Numbered from the stretch's first letter, positions 29,765 through 40,884 are shown. The stretch is DNA of 64,000 nt from an uncultured delta proteobacterium (GCA_963848295.1 CAWKDB010000010.1:3424001-3488000); one strand, 5' to 3'. Program-made: numbers and translations. Notes: a model not told the origin generated them from the letters alone.

Positions 29765-31417
29765 TCATTTGTGGGCGTCGTCGACGATGGTTTGGTACGG
29801 CTCGCCGTAGAGCTGAGACCACACCGTCCGGGCCGCCTCTCGCAGCTGGTCGTCGGGGACGCCGGTCAGCGGGAGTGCGAGCGCGGCGAGTTGCTCGCGG
29901 TCGAGCCGGCCGCGAGTGTAGAGCTGGCGGGTGGGGACCACGCCGAAGCGCTTCGCGAGCGCCTCGATGACGACCGCGCCGGCGATCGCCTCGGGGGAGC
30001 CTTCGTGGTGGTGGTTGAACGCGTGGCTCGCGAGGTTCCACAGCGCGAGTTGCGGCGCGATCCGCTCGCTCGCGATCTGGCTAACGTACGCCGATAGCTC
30101 GCCGTTCGTGCGGCGGACGAAGGGATCGGTGACGACCGCACGGTTGATGCGCAATGCCAGTGGGATCGACAGCGGGTCATCGCGCTCGGCGTCGAACGCG
30201 TGCTGCGCCTCGTGGTGGCGCACGCCGGTCGTGACGACCGAAATCAGATCTTGCCCGGCGAGCTCGTGGCGGACCGCAGCGCCCGCCGCCGCGGCGAGCC
30301 GATGACCGGTCGAGGTCGATAGCCAGTCGCTGTCGCCGAGCTGGTACGGATCTCCACCGCTGACCACCGGTTCGAGCTTGTGGACGGTGAACTCGTCGAC
30401 TTGGTCGAGTAGGACCATCGGATCGCCCGCGTCAGTCGATTCCATGCCGAGCAGCGAGTGCTCGAGGTCGAGCGGATCGAGCCGGCGCAGCTCGAGCACG
30501 CGGTGGCGTTTGTCGCCCGCATGCACGAACGACACGCGCTCGACGCGATAGGCGAGCAGCGCGGCATGTGCGGCGTGATCCTCGACGAACACGCTCGCTT
30601 CGAGGTAGTAGCCGATGCCGAGCGCGGCGAACTGATCCGACACGGCGTGGGCGGCGAGCCTGAGCTCGGTCTCGGCCTCGCGGTAGCCGCGCGCGTGCAG
30701 CGGCTCGTCGAGCCAATGATCGAGCGCGGTCAGCATGTCGTTCCACGCGGCGACGAGCTCCGGTCCATGCGCGGCGATCTCGGGTGCTTCGCGCAGACGC
30801 GCGAGCAGCGCGGCGCGCTCGGGTTGCCGATGGTCCGGATCGTGATCGGCGCTCGCGCCGTAGATGCTCGGGTCGTCGGAGGCATCGCCGTGGCGATCGT
30901 GATCGCCGGCGACCGAAAGATCGGCGAGGTCCCCGGTGAACAGCTCCGCCAGCCCGCGGTCGTAGGCCGGCACGCCGCCGGTGAGGTACGCGCCGGTGCC
31001 GGGCGGCGAGGCCATCCGCCGGTGATGCGATCGATGGTGGACCGCGAACCACGCGGTGGCGCACACGCACACGACCGACAGCGCCGCGATGATCGTCGCG
31101 AACGGCAAGCGCGGGATAGCCGTTCGCGGCAGCGCGCGAAACGCTTCGGACACGCCGGCGCGATCGGTCGCATCGACTTGGTAGCGCCCCGCGACCGTCA
31201 GCGCCGCGACCTGTTGGACGTGGCGCACCGCCATCGGATCGGCAGCGCTGACCAGCCCACCCGAAATCAACGCGGCATCGATCAGCGCGTATTCGAGTCG
31301 GCGGCGCGCCGGTCCGCGCAGCAAGGGGTCGGCGCGCGCGATGGTCTGCCTCGCGACCTCGTCATCGCCGGCTTCGGCTCCGGCAGACAGCGCCGCCAGG
31401 ACGGTTCGCCGGATCAC
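29765..31417 (-). CDS. Membrane-anchored protein with HExxH motif
   Basis: One TM segment; RHHEAQH with downstream GELSAY. Confidence 0.65.
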   Translation of the reverse strand: MIRRTVLAALSAGAEAGDDEVARQTIARADPLLRGPARRRLEYALIDAALISGGLVSAADPMAVRHVQQVAALTVAGRYQVDATDRAGVSEAFRALPRTAIPRLPFATIIAALSVVCVCATAWFAVHHRSHHRRMASPPGTGAYLTGGVPAYDRGLAELFTGDLADLSVAGDHDRHGDASDDPSIYGASADHDPDHRQPERAALLARLREAPEIAAHGPELVAAWNDMLTALDHWLDEPLHARGYREAETELRLAAHAVSDQFAALGIGYYLEASVFVEDHAAHAALLAYRVERVSFVHAGDKRHRVLELRRLDPLDLEHSLLGMESTDAGDPMVLLDQVDEFTVHKLEPVVSGGDPYQLGDSDWLSTSTGHRLAAAAGAAVRHELAGQDLISVVTTGVRHHEAQHAFDAERDDPLSIPLALRINRAVVTDPFVRRTNGELSAYVSQIASERIAPQLALWNLASHAFNHHHEGSPEAIAGAVVIEALAKRFGVVPTRQLYTRGRLDREQLAALALPLTGVPDDQLREAARTVWSQLYGEPYQTIVDDAHK

Positions 31418-31485
31418 GTTGCTTGGACAACGACCGCGGCGGCGCGTTGCAGGAATCTGCACCGGGCCAAGCCGGTGATCTCAGG

Positions 31486-32031
31486 TCAGAACCGGCCGGC
31501 GAGCGCCAAACCGGGCGTGATGCCGCTCGGCGTCGCGAGCGCGGTCGGCACGATCGTGGCGTGCTCGCGGTTGTAGCGGCGGACGACGCGGCGCGACGTC
31601 GCGATGTCGTAGATCGCGCCGGTCGCGAGCGCGACCACGCCGCCGGCGATCAGCACCCCGCCGACCGGCGAGAATTCGATCTTCGACGGATCGCCGTACG
31701 GTCGCGACCACTCGTACGCACCGAGGGCTGCGAGGCCGGCGCCTGCGACGCGCAACGCGAGCCCGGGTGACAGCCAATCGCCGGCGTAGATGTGGCCGAT
31801 CGCGGGCGCCACGACCGCGCCAGCGAGCTCGACCGCCGCGGGCTTCCACTCGGCGGCGGTGTGATCGCCGGCGGCCCCGACCAGGAATACCGCGCCGATC
31901 GAGCCCAGGATCGAGAGGTTCGTCGCGACATCCTCGTCGCGCGGACCGGACGGCGCCGGCTCGGCACCGGCGACCGAGCTCGCGAGCACGAGCGCAGCCG
32001 CCGCAACGACAGGCTTGGCCAAGACTTTCAT
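31486..32031 (-). CDS. Secreted/membrane hypothetical protein
   Basis: Signal peptide, PAIGHIYAG, C-terminal GLALAGRF. Confidence 0.7.
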   Translation of the reverse strand: MKVLAKPVVAAAALVLASSVAGAEPAPSGPRDEDVATNLSILGSIGAVFLVGAAGDHTAAEWKPAAVELAGAVVAPAIGHIYAGDWLSPGLALRVAGAGLAALGAYEWSRPYGDPSKIEFSPVGGVLIAGGVVALATGAIYDIATSRRVVRRYNREHATIVPTALATPSGITPGLALAGRF

Positions 32032-32146
32032 GGAGCGATGACACCACGGTGGCGGGCGGATCGCGCTGGCACGAAGCGAGGCTGCCGGCGCCTGCCGCGA
32101 TGCGCCGACTTGCGACTGTTATCCCACATCGAGCGTCTGGAGCTGT

Positions 32147-33619
32147 ATGCGTTGCTCTCTCGCGATCTCGCTCCTCGCCGCGTGCGGCGGTTCGAGCATG
32201 ACCACGCCGGATGCCCCGACCACCGGCCCGACGTGCGATCTCACCGGCGTCGCCGCCGCCTCGGCCGACTTCGCGCTGCCCGGGCTCGGTGGCGGCTATC
32301 CGACGATGGCGTTTCCGCAGATGGCGGACACCGCGGCGTGCGCCGGCGATGGCGAGTACAGCTACGCGACGCTCGATCTCCACGGCAGCGGCTCGCGCGA
32401 CCTCGTGCTGACCCAAGGCTGCGGCGATCCGACGATCGGCGCCTCGAAGTGGATGGTGTTCCCCGGCGGTTCGGACGGGTTCACCCCCGGCGTGTCGATC
32501 GCGTTGCCCGGGCTCGGTGGCGCCTATCCGACGCCGACGTTTCCTCAAACCGCCGGCGCCGCAGCATGCACGGGCGATGGCGAGTACGCCTACGCGACGT
32601 TCGATCTCGACGGCGATGGCCAGCTCGATCTCGTGCAGACCAAAGGCTGCGGCGATCCGACGATCGGCACGTCGCAATGGACCGTGTTCTTCGGCACCGG
32701 CAACGGCTTTGCCGGCGGCACCTCCTTCACGCTGCCCGGGCTCGGCGGCGCGTATCCGAGCCAGACGTTCTCGTCGACCGCGGGCACCGCGGCGTGTAGC
32801 GGCGACGGCGAGTACAGCTACGCGCTCCTCGACCTCACCGGCGACGGCAAGCCCGATCTCGTGCTGACCGGCGGCTGCGGCGACGACACGATTGGCACGT
32901 CGAAGTGGATGGTCTATCCGAACACCGGCAAGGCGTTCGGCCCGGGCCAGTCGTTCGAGCTCCCCGGCCTCGGCTCGAGCTTCCCGAGCAAGGCGCTGCC
33001 CGCGGTCGCCAGCTCGTCCTCGTGCTCGAGCACCGGCGAGTATCTCTACGCGACGGTCGACATCGACGGCGATCACAAGCCGGACCTCGTGATGTCGCAG
33101 AGCTGCAGCGATACGACGATCGGCGTGTCGGCGTGGTTCGTCTATCCGAACACCGGCACCGGCTTCGGGCCGGTGCAGCGCTTCATGCTGCCCGGCCTCG
33201 GCGGTGCTTATCCGACCACGACCTTCTCGGCGATCGATGACACCTCGTCCTGTTCCGGCGATGGCGAGTACAGCTTCGCGACCGTCGATCTGACCGGCGA
33301 CCACAAGCCAGACCTCGTCTTGACCCGCGCCTGCGGCGACGACACCGTCGGCACGAGTCACTGGATGGTCTATCCCAACACCGGCTCCGCGTTCGGGCCC
33401 GGCCAGACCTTCACCCTGCCGTCGTTGCCCGCAGGATTTCCGACCCAGCCCCTCGACGAGCTCACGTCCACCGCGTCGTGCGCGAATACCGGCGAGTACT
33501 CCTACGCGCTCGCGCAGCTCTCCGGTCAGCCCGGCATCGTCATGACCCGAGGCTGCGGCGACACCACCATCGGCACCTCGCGCTGGCAGGTCTACGCCGG
33601 CCACTGCGCAAATCAGTGA
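32147..33619 (+). CDS. Lipoprotein with six FG-GAP/VCBS-like repeats
   Basis: Lipobox LAAC. Six 76-aa (228-nt) repeats with DLTGDGKPDLV and two Cys each. Confidence 0.88.
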   Translation: MRCSLAISLLAACGGSSMTTPDAPTTGPTCDLTGVAAASADFALPGLGGGYPTMAFPQMADTAACAGDGEYSYATLDLHGSGSRDLVLTQGCGDPTIGASKWMVFPGGSDGFTPGVSIALPGLGGAYPTPTFPQTAGAAACTGDGEYAYATFDLDGDGQLDLVQTKGCGDPTIGTSQWTVFFGTGNGFAGGTSFTLPGLGGAYPSQTFSSTAGTAACSGDGEYSYALLDLTGDGKPDLVLTGGCGDDTIGTSKWMVYPNTGKAFGPGQSFELPGLGSSFPSKALPAVASSSSCSSTGEYLYATVDIDGDHKPDLVMSQSCSDTTIGVSAWFVYPNTGTGFGPVQRFMLPGLGGAYPTTTFSAIDDTSSCSGDGEYSFATVDLTGDHKPDLVLTRACGDDTVGTSHWMVYPNTGSAFGPGQTFTLPSLPAGFPTQPLDELTSTASCANTGEYSYALAQLSGQPGIVMTRGCGDTTIGTSRWQVYAGHCANQ

Positions 33620-33713
33620 CGCTGTCTCTTTTGTCACTTTGCGCCGTCGGGCAGCGCGCGCAACTCAGCGATATCCAACCAGAAGCGATGGGGACGCTGT
33701 CTCTATTGTCACC
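33616..33713 (+). repeat. REP-like direct-repeat pair (copies 1-2)
   Basis: GTGACGCTGTCTCTTTTGTCAC (33616-33637) and GGGGACGCTGTCTCTATTGTCACC (33690-33713); period 75 bp. Confidence 0.9.
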
Positions 33714-33737
33714 TTGCGGGTCAGCGGCGAGTCGGAT

Positions 33738-34574
<837 letters not shown>

Positions 34575-34630
34575 GCGCCGACCCTAGCAGGCTCCGCGAT
34601 CACGGGCTGGGGTCTGGTATATGTCTCGGG

Positions 34631-35074
34631 GTGAAGCTGAAGGTCGGTCCCGAGGTCGAAGCACAGATCGCGGCGCTTGGCGCGGGCTTTCTCCCGGCGC
34701 GAAAGTCCGGCGCGCTCGACGAGGCTGAACGAATCGTGCTCGGCACCTGGGCGCTGATTCCCGAGCCGAAACTCGAGTACGACTACTACGCGCAATCGCT
34801 GTCGCGGACGATCGTCGAGTTCTATCGCGACACCAAGCAACACGAGAAAGCCAAGCAATGGCTCGCCACGCTCGCCGCTGCCTACGAGGTCGAGGATCTC
34901 GCGAGTGACCCGTCATGCGCGATGCTCGCGGGCACCGTGCACTACGAGGCGGGTGAGCACGAGCGGGCATTTCTCTACTTCCGCAAGCTCTACGCCGACT
35001 ACAAGCGCCGGCCGTTCAAGCGCTACGACCCGCGTTACCTCGAGTTCACGCTCGACCGCCTGGGCAAGCGCTGA
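34631..35074 (+). CDS. TPR-like hypothetical protein
   Basis: Helical repeats, IPEPK..Y, AGTVHYEAG...A...F, DPRYLEF. Confidence 0.65.
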   Translation: MKLKVGPEVEAQIAALGAGFLPARKSGALDEAERIVLGTWALIPEPKLEYDYYAQSLSRTIVEFYRDTKQHEKAKQWLATLAAAYEVEDLASDPSCAMLAGTVHYEAGEHERAFLYFRKLYADYKRRPFKRYDPRYLEFTLDRLGKR

Positions 35075-35118
35075 TAGTAAAGTGTGTGCTTGACTATCGG
35101 GCTCGCCCCGGCTTATTA

Positions 35119-35136
35119 CTTAAGCAGATGCTTGAG
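35119..35136 (+). promoter_or_regulatory. Probable ArsR autoregulatory operator
   Basis: Imperfect palindrome CTTAAGCAGATGCTTGAG over the ArsR start codon. Confidence 0.5.
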
Positions 35137-35454
35137 CAACGACTCGACCGCGTGTTCTTCGCGCTCGCCGATCCGAGTCGCCGCGCGATGGTCGAACGGC
35201 TGACCCGCGGGCCAGCCTCGGTCAGCACGCTCGCCGAACCACTCGACATGACGCTCGCGGCGGTGGTCCAGCACCTCCAAGTGCTGCAAGACAGCGGGCT
35301 CGTTACGACGACGAAGCAGGGGCGCGTGCGGACGTGCCGCGTCGAACCTGCGGCGCTGGGCGCTGCGGAGGACTGGATCGCGAAGCGCCGTGCGCTATGG
35401 GAGCGCCGGCTCGATCGATTGGGCGAGGTACTCGCCGAAAGGAAAGCAAAATGA
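35128..35454 (+). CDS. ArsR/SmtB family regulator
   Basis: FFALADPSRR, VVQHLQVL, KQGRVRTC. Confidence 0.92.
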   Translation: MLEQRLDRVFFALADPSRRAMVERLTRGPASVSTLAEPLDMTLAAVVQHLQVLQDSGLVTTTKQGRVRTCRVEPAALGAAEDWIAKRRALWERRLDRLGEVLAERKAK

Positions 35455-35909
35455 CGACCACGATCATCCACGACACGTTCACGCTCGATCGCACCTACGA
35501 CGCCAGCGTCGCGGAGGTCTGGAAGGCGTGGACCGATCCCGCGCTGCGCAAGACCTGGTTCCACGGCCCCGATGGCTACGTCGAGTCGGAGCGCTCGATC
35601 GATCTGCGCCCGGGCGGTCACGAAGTGCTCAAGGGCCACATGAAGGACGGCACGAGCACCAGCTTCGTGTCGACGTTCCACTTCATCCACACCGAGCACT
35701 TCATCGTGTCGTCGTACGACATGGAGCTGAACGGCAAGCCGCTATCGTCGACGCTCGCGACCATGCAGCTCGAGCCCGCCGGCAAGGGCACGCGCCTGCG
35801 CTACACCGAGCAGGGCACGTACCTCGACGGCAATCCCGAGGCGGCGGCGAGTCGCAAGGGTGGCACGTCGTGGCACCTCGACAACCTCGGCAAGCTGTTT
35901 GCGCACTAG
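35451..35909 (+). CDS. SRPBCC/AHSA1 domain protein
   Basis: VWKAWTDP..RKTWF, DLRPGG, TRLRYTEQG; coupled to ArsR. Confidence 0.9.
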   Translation: MTTTIIHDTFTLDRTYDASVAEVWKAWTDPALRKTWFHGPDGYVESERSIDLRPGGHEVLKGHMKDGTSTSFVSTFHFIHTEHFIVSSYDMELNGKPLSSTLATMQLEPAGKGTRLRYTEQGTYLDGNPEAAASRKGGTSWHLDNLGKLFAH

Positions 35910-35943
35910 CCGTGGAGATTTCGTAGCGGTGGCCGGATCTGCA

Positions 35944-36094
35944 ACAGGCACAAGTTGACAAAAGAGACAGCGTCCCCACGATCTCCACAGGCACAAGTTG
36001 ACAAAAGAGACAGCGTCCCCACGATCATAGCAATGGTTTCATTGAGTTAGCCGACGTCCGGAAATCCGGATGGTGACAAAAGAGACAGCGTCCC
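35944..36094 (-). repeat. REP-like repeats (copies 3-5), inverted relative to copies 1-2
   Basis: Perfect 40-bp duplication 35944-35983/35987-36026, plus GGTGACAAAAGAGACAGCGTCCC at 36072-36094. Confidence 0.92.
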
Positions 36095-37090
36095 TCACGC
36101 GGGCTGCTGCTGCGTACAGCAGTGAAAGCCGCCGCCGCCGACGACGACCTCGCGACACGGCAGGCCGATCGCCCGCCGCGTCGGGAACAGCTTGCCGATC
36201 GCGGCGACCGCGCGCTCGTCGGCGGCGACGCCGTAGGTCGGCACGACGACGACGGTGTTCGCGATGTAGAAGTTCATGTAGCTCGCGGGGAGCAGTGCGC
36301 CGGCGGCGTCGCGGATTTCACCGGGCGACGGCGTTGTCACGACCTCGAGCTTCGCGGCGCGCAGATCCGCGAGGATCCCGGCGAGCGCGTCGCGATTCGG
36401 ATCGCCAGGCGCCGGCTCCATGCACGCGACGACACCTGGCGCGACGAACCGGGCGAGCGTGTCGATGTGGCCATCGGTGTGATCGTTCTCGAGGCCGCGA
36501 TCGAGCCAGACGATGCGGTCGGCGCCGAGCGCCCAGCGCAGCCTAGCTTCGAGCGCCGCGGCGTCGAGCCCCGGGTTGCGCGCGCCGCCGAGCAAGCATT
36601 GCTTCGTGGTGAGCAACGCGCCGGCGCCGTCGACCTCGATCGCGCCGCCCTCGAGCACGAAGTCGAACGCTGCGCCGCGCACGCCGGTCCACGCCATGAC
36701 GCGCGCCGAGACGTCGCTATCGCCGGCCATGACGTACTTGCCGCCCCAGCCGTCGAACCGGAACCGCGCCGCGGCGATCTCGCGATCGCGGGTCACGAAG
36801 ATCGGGCCGGTGTCGCGCAGCCAGACATCGCCGTAAGCGACGTGGTGGAACGCGACATGCGCCGCGGTCGCGCCGAGCAATGCGCGCGCTTCGCCTTCGT
36901 CGCCGGCATCGCGCACGAGCAGGTCGATGCGCTCGCCGCGGCCGCCGTCGCTGATCGCCGCGCACATCGCCATCAACGCGCGCTGTGGTGCGGCGAGCCC
37001 TTCGGCCCATTGCTCTCGATCGTGCGGCCACGCGGTCCACACCGCGGCATGCGGAGTCCACTCGGCCGGCATGCGGAACTGCGAGATCAC
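36095..37090 (-). CDS. aguA: Agmatine deiminase
   Basis: RMPAEW, WLRDTGP, EGGAIE.DG, DHTDGHID, SYMNF, GGGFHCCTQQQP. Confidence 0.95.
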   Translation of the reverse strand: MISQFRMPAEWTPHAAVWTAWPHDREQWAEGLAAPQRALMAMCAAISDGGRGERIDLLVRDAGDEGEARALLGATAAHVAFHHVAYGDVWLRDTGPIFVTRDREIAAARFRFDGWGGKYVMAGDSDVSARVMAWTGVRGAAFDFVLEGGAIEVDGAGALLTTKQCLLGGARNPGLDAAALEARLRWALGADRIVWLDRGLENDHTDGHIDTLARFVAPGVVACMEPAPGDPNRDALAGILADLRAAKLEVVTTPSPGEIRDAAGALLPASYMNFYIANTVVVVPTYGVAADERAVAAIGKLFPTRRAIGLPCREVVVGGGGFHCCTQQQPA

Positions 37091-37611
37091 TCGTCGCTCT
37101 CCGGCTTTCGAGCCTGCGCCTGCGCCTTTAGCACCGTCACGAGCTCGCGGAACAGCGAGCGCGCTGCGCCGGGTGGCTTGCCGGTGTCGCGTTCGCGGCG
37201 CGCGTCTTGGATCGCGCGAGTCAAGTCGTCGGTCGCGCCGCCGGGAAGCTCGGCCGCCGCGGCGATGCCCTCGGTGATCAACCGCGTGCGCCACTGCTCG
37301 GCGAGCTTGAGCAGCGCCGGTGCCGCCGCGCCAGTCGTCTCGACCGTCGCGAGGCGTTGCTCGAGCGCGCCGAGATCTTCGCCGCGGAGATCGCCGGCGA
37401 GCGCGCGTTCGGCGCGGCGCCGCGCCCCGAGCGTCTTCGTGCCGCGCGCGCGATCGACCATCTCTTTCAGCTCGTCTTCGAGCTGGAGCTTCGCGATCAC
37501 GGCGTCCGAGAGCGTCATCAGTGTTCGCGCGAGCGCGGCCGATCGATCGCCCATCCGGCGTTGCTTGCGGCGCTCGATCTGGCGCTTGCTCTCACCGCGG
37601 TCATCTTCCAC
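37087..37611 (-). CDS. Ribosome-associated YjgA (DUF615) family protein
   Basis: SKRQI, ARRR, AEQWRTRLI, ARSLFREL. Confidence 0.75.
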   Translation of the reverse strand: MEDDRGESKRQIERRKQRRMGDRSAALARTLMTLSDAVIAKLQLEDELKEMVDRARGTKTLGARRRAERALAGDLRGEDLGALEQRLATVETTGAAAPALLKLAEQWRTRLITEGIAAAAELPGGATDDLTRAIQDARRERDTGKPPGAARSLFRELVTVLKAQAQARKPESDE

Positions 37612-37623
37612 CGCACGACGATA

Positions 37624-39225
37624 CTACCGCCACGCCTCGTCGGGGACCGCGAGCGCACCGCCGATCCCGCGGCGGGCGGCGATGAACGCCTGCGCGAACG
37701 CGAGCGCCGAGCGGAACCGCTTCGTCTTGTCCTTCGCCATCGCGACCGCGAGCACGTCCTCGATCGCGCTCGACACGCGGCCGAGCGAGCTCGGGCGCAC
37801 CGGCGGCGTCTGCACGACCTGAAACACGAGCTCGGCGAGGTCCTTGCCGCGAAACGGCGAGCGGCCGGTCACGCAGCGATACGCGATCGCGCCGAGCGCG
37901 TAGACGTCAGCGAGATGATCGACGTCCTTGCCGAGCGCTTGCTCCGGCGCCATGTACTGCGGTGTCCCGACGATGCCACCGCCGGTCAGCGTGCCCTCGC
38001 TATCGAGCAACTTCGAGACGCCGAAATCGAGGATCTTCCAGCTCCCGGCTGCGGTGTTGAAGATGTTGTGTGGCTTGAGATCGCGGTGGACGATGCCGGC
38101 GGCGCGCGCGACCTCGAGGCCGCGCGCGACTTGATCGAGCAGCACGACGAGCTCGTCTTGCGGCAAGCGACTCTCGGCGCGCAACCGCGTCGCGAGATCC
38201 GTCCCGTGCAAGCGCTCCATCGCGATGTACGGCACGAGCGCGCCGGGCGGCGCCAGCTCGAGCACCCTGACGATGTACGGCGAGTCCAAGCGCGCCGCGA
38301 CTTCCATCTCGCGATGAAACCGCTCGAGGTGCGCCGGCGAGCCTGCCGCCTGCGCGTTGACGAGCTTGACCGCAGCGGGTTCGCCGTCGTTGCCGATCGC
38401 CTCGTAGACCTCACCCATCGCGCCGCGTCCGATCACGAGGCCGAGTCGATAACTGCCCATCGCCTGGCCGGTCCACCTGCCTTCGTTCACCCGCTTCGCT
38501 TTCGCGGCATCGTCGACGACCTCGGCGAGCGCTTGCTGCTGGTCGCCGATCAGCCGCATCGCGCTCTGCAGCTCGGCGAGCGCCGTCGAGTTCGTCTTTC
38601 GCGCCCACCGTCCGAGCGCATAACCCGAAGTCAAGAACACGACGATCAATGTCTCCGCCACCGCGAGCTGGGTCCGGCCCGCGACGATGCTCGACAACAC
38701 GCCGGGGTCGCGCAGCCAACCGAGTGTCATCGGAATCGCGAGCGCGAGGTGGCCGCCGATGCAGATGCAAGCGGTCGCCGCGGCGGTCCACCGGACGCGG
38801 CCGAGCGAGATGAACACGATGCCGAGCATGTCGACCATGACGACGGCGGAGAACGGCCCGAAGTAGTAGACCGCGCCCTGCACGCCGACGGTCGAGAGGA
38901 TCCACATCAGGCCTACCGCGGTCGGCTCGTAGCGCTTGGCGTCGAGCGTGAGCCAGGTCAGCACGATGTTGCAGCCCGAGATCATCCCCGCGCCGATCCA
39001 GAACAGATGGCGCGCGAACGGGTCGCCGCCGATCATCACCGACATCACGACCGCGGCGACCGGCGAGAAGATGCCGAACACGTGGAACATGCGCAGTCGC
39101 GCGAGCTCGCCGCGGTCGAGGACCTCGCCGGCCGTCGCCGTCACGCGCAACGACACGGTCGGTGTCTGCGTCTGGCGCAGCACCGGATCCGCCGTGGTGG
39201 CGTCGAGTTCTTCGGCGGCGGGCAG
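37624..39225 (-). CDS. Membrane Ser/Thr protein kinase (paralog B)
   Basis: About 6 TM segments, then GRGAMGEV, HRDLKPHN, DFG, GTPQYMAPE. Start uncertain (CTG 39225 or GTG 39183). Confidence 0.9.
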   Translation of the reverse strand: MPAAEELDATTADPVLRQTQTPTVSLRVTATAGEVLDRGELARLRMFHVFGIFSPVAAVVMSVMIGGDPFARHLFWIGAGMISGCNIVLTWLTLDAKRYEPTAVGLMWILSTVGVQGAVYYFGPFSAVVMVDMLGIVFISLGRVRWTAAATACICIGGHLALAIPMTLGWLRDPGVLSSIVAGRTQLAVAETLIVVFLTSGYALGRWARKTNSTALAELQSAMRLIGDQQQALAEVVDDAAKAKRVNEGRWTGQAMGSYRLGLVIGRGAMGEVYEAIGNDGEPAAVKLVNAQAAGSPAHLERFHREMEVAARLDSPYIVRVLELAPPGALVPYIAMERLHGTDLATRLRAESRLPQDELVVLLDQVARGLEVARAAGIVHRDLKPHNIFNTAAGSWKILDFGVSKLLDSEGTLTGGGIVGTPQYMAPEQALGKDVDHLADVYALGAIAYRCVTGRSPFRGKDLAELVFQVVQTPPVRPSSLGRVSSAIEDVLAVAMAKDKTKRFRSALAFAQAFIAARRGIGGALAVPDEAWR

Positions 39226-39228
39226 TGT

Positions 39229-40884
39229 CTAGCTCCAGGGATCGAGCGGCGGATCGAGCTTAACCGCACGACCGCGCCGTGCCGAGATAAACGCCTGCGC
39301 GAATGACAGCGCCGACGGAAACCGCCGGCGCGGGTCCTTGGCCATCGCGACCGCGAGCACCTCCTCGATCGCGGGCGAGATCCTCGCAAACGCGGTCGGT
39401 GCCGCCGGTGGCACGTGCACGACTTGATAGACGAGCTCGGCGATGTCCTTGCCGGCGTGCGGCGCGCGACCCGTGATGCAGCGATACGCGATCGCCGCGA
39501 GCGCATAGACATCGGCGGCGTGGGTGACCTCGCGCCCGGCGGCCTGCTCCGGCGCCATGTACTGCGGCGTGCCGACGATGCCCTCGCCGGTCAGCGTGCC
39601 CTCGTCGCCCAACAGCTTCGACACGCCGAAGTCCAGGATCTTCCAGATGCCACCTTCGTTGTTGAACAGGTTGTGCGGCTTGAGATCGCGATGGACGACG
39701 CCGGCGACCCGCGCGACCTCGAGTCCCCGGCCGACCTGGTCGAGCATCACGACGAGCTCCTCGAGCCAGATCCGGTTCTCGTTGCGCAGCCGCGTCGCGA
39801 GATCGGTCCCGTTCAACCGCTCCATCGCGATGTACGGCACGCGCGCGTCGGGCGGAGAAATCTCCAACACCTTGACGATGTACGGCGACGACAGCCGCGC
39901 CGCGACCACCATCTCGCGGTGAAAGCGCTCGACCAGGCTCGTGCTCGCGGTCGACCGCGCGTTCAGCACCTTGACCGCGGCGATCTCGCCGGTCGGCGTC
40001 TTCGCCTCGTAGACCTCGCCCATCGCGCCACGGCCGAGCACGAGCCCGAGGTCGAAGCTGCCGAGCTTGCGTCCGGTCCACCGGCCCTCGTCGATGCGGT
40101 TCGCGCGCGCGGCGTCGTCGCGCACTTCGGCGAGCGCTTGTTCTTTGTCGCCGAGGATCCGCATCGCGCTGCGCAGCTCGGAGAACGCGGCGGTGTTCGT
40201 GCGTCGCGCCCACCGACCGAGCAAGTAACCCATGAACAAGAGACTCGTCAGTAACCCACCGGTCATGTAGAGCGTCTTCGGCGCGATGCCGGCCGAGGTC
40301 AGCAAGCTGTGGTCCGCGATCGTGCCGCTCGCGATCGCCATCGTCATGACGAGCTCGCTCGTCGCGCAGATCGCGACGGTCATCGCCGCGACGATGCGGT
40401 GCCTGCCAAACGTCACGAACGCGATGCCGAGTACGTCGATCATGACCGCGCCCGAGAACGGCCCGAAGTAGAAGATGATCGTGCGCACGCCGATCACCGA
40501 GGTCAGCCAGCACGCCGCGGCGAGCCGTTCGCGATAGCGTTCGGACCGCGACGTCAGCCACAGCAGGGCGAGATTCGATAGCGACACCACGACCGCGCCG
40601 ATCCAGAACGCGAGCCGCACGTCGCGATCGCCGCCGAGCACGAACGACAGCGCGATCGCCGCGATCGGCCCGACCGCACCGAACAAGTGGAACGCGTGGA
40701 GTCGTGGCTCGGCATCGGGTCCGAGGTCGGGCGATGCCGACGGCGACGATTGCGACGACGACGAACCGGTCGTGTGCGAGCGCGTGCCGTGCGCGATGGC
40801 ATGAGGAGTCTCGGCCTCCGTGCCGCCGGATGCCGTGCCCTCGCCGGCCAGGACCGCCGTCGCGTCCGCGTCCGGATCCAACAC
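39229..40884 (-). CDS. Membrane Ser/Thr protein kinase (paralog A)
   Basis: Same architecture and motifs as paralog B. Confidence 0.92.
   Translation of the reverse strand: MLDPDADATAVLAGEGTASGGTEAETPHAIAHGTRSHTTGSSSSQSSPSASPDLGPDAEPRLHAFHLFGAVGPIAAIALSFVLGGDRDVRLAFWIGAVVVSLSNLALLWLTSRSERYRERLAAACWLTSVIGVRTIIFYFGPFSGAVMIDVLGIAFVTFGRHRIVAAMTVAICATSELVMTMAIASGTIADHSLLTSAGIAPKTLYMTGGLLTSLLFMGYLLGRWARRTNTAAFSELRSAMRILGDKEQALAEVRDDAARANRIDEGRWTGRKLGSFDLGLVLGRGAMGEVYEAKTPTGEIAAVKVLNARSTASTSLVERFHREMVVAARLSSPYIVKVLEISPPDARVPYIAMERLNGTDLATRLRNENRIWLEELVVMLDQVGRGLEVARVAGVVHRDLKPHNLFNNEGGIWKILDFGVSKLLGDEGTLTGEGIVGTPQYMAPEQAAGREVTHAADVYALAAIAYRCITGRAPHAGKDIAELVYQVVHVPPAAPTAFARISPAIEEVLAVAMAKDPRRRFPSALSFAQAFISARRGRAVKLDPPLDPWS

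Noticed and set aside
35944..36094. Repeats read as a CRISPR array
   Set aside because: Only three copies, periods of 43 and 75 bp, duplicated flanks rather than unique spacers, and no cas genes in the window
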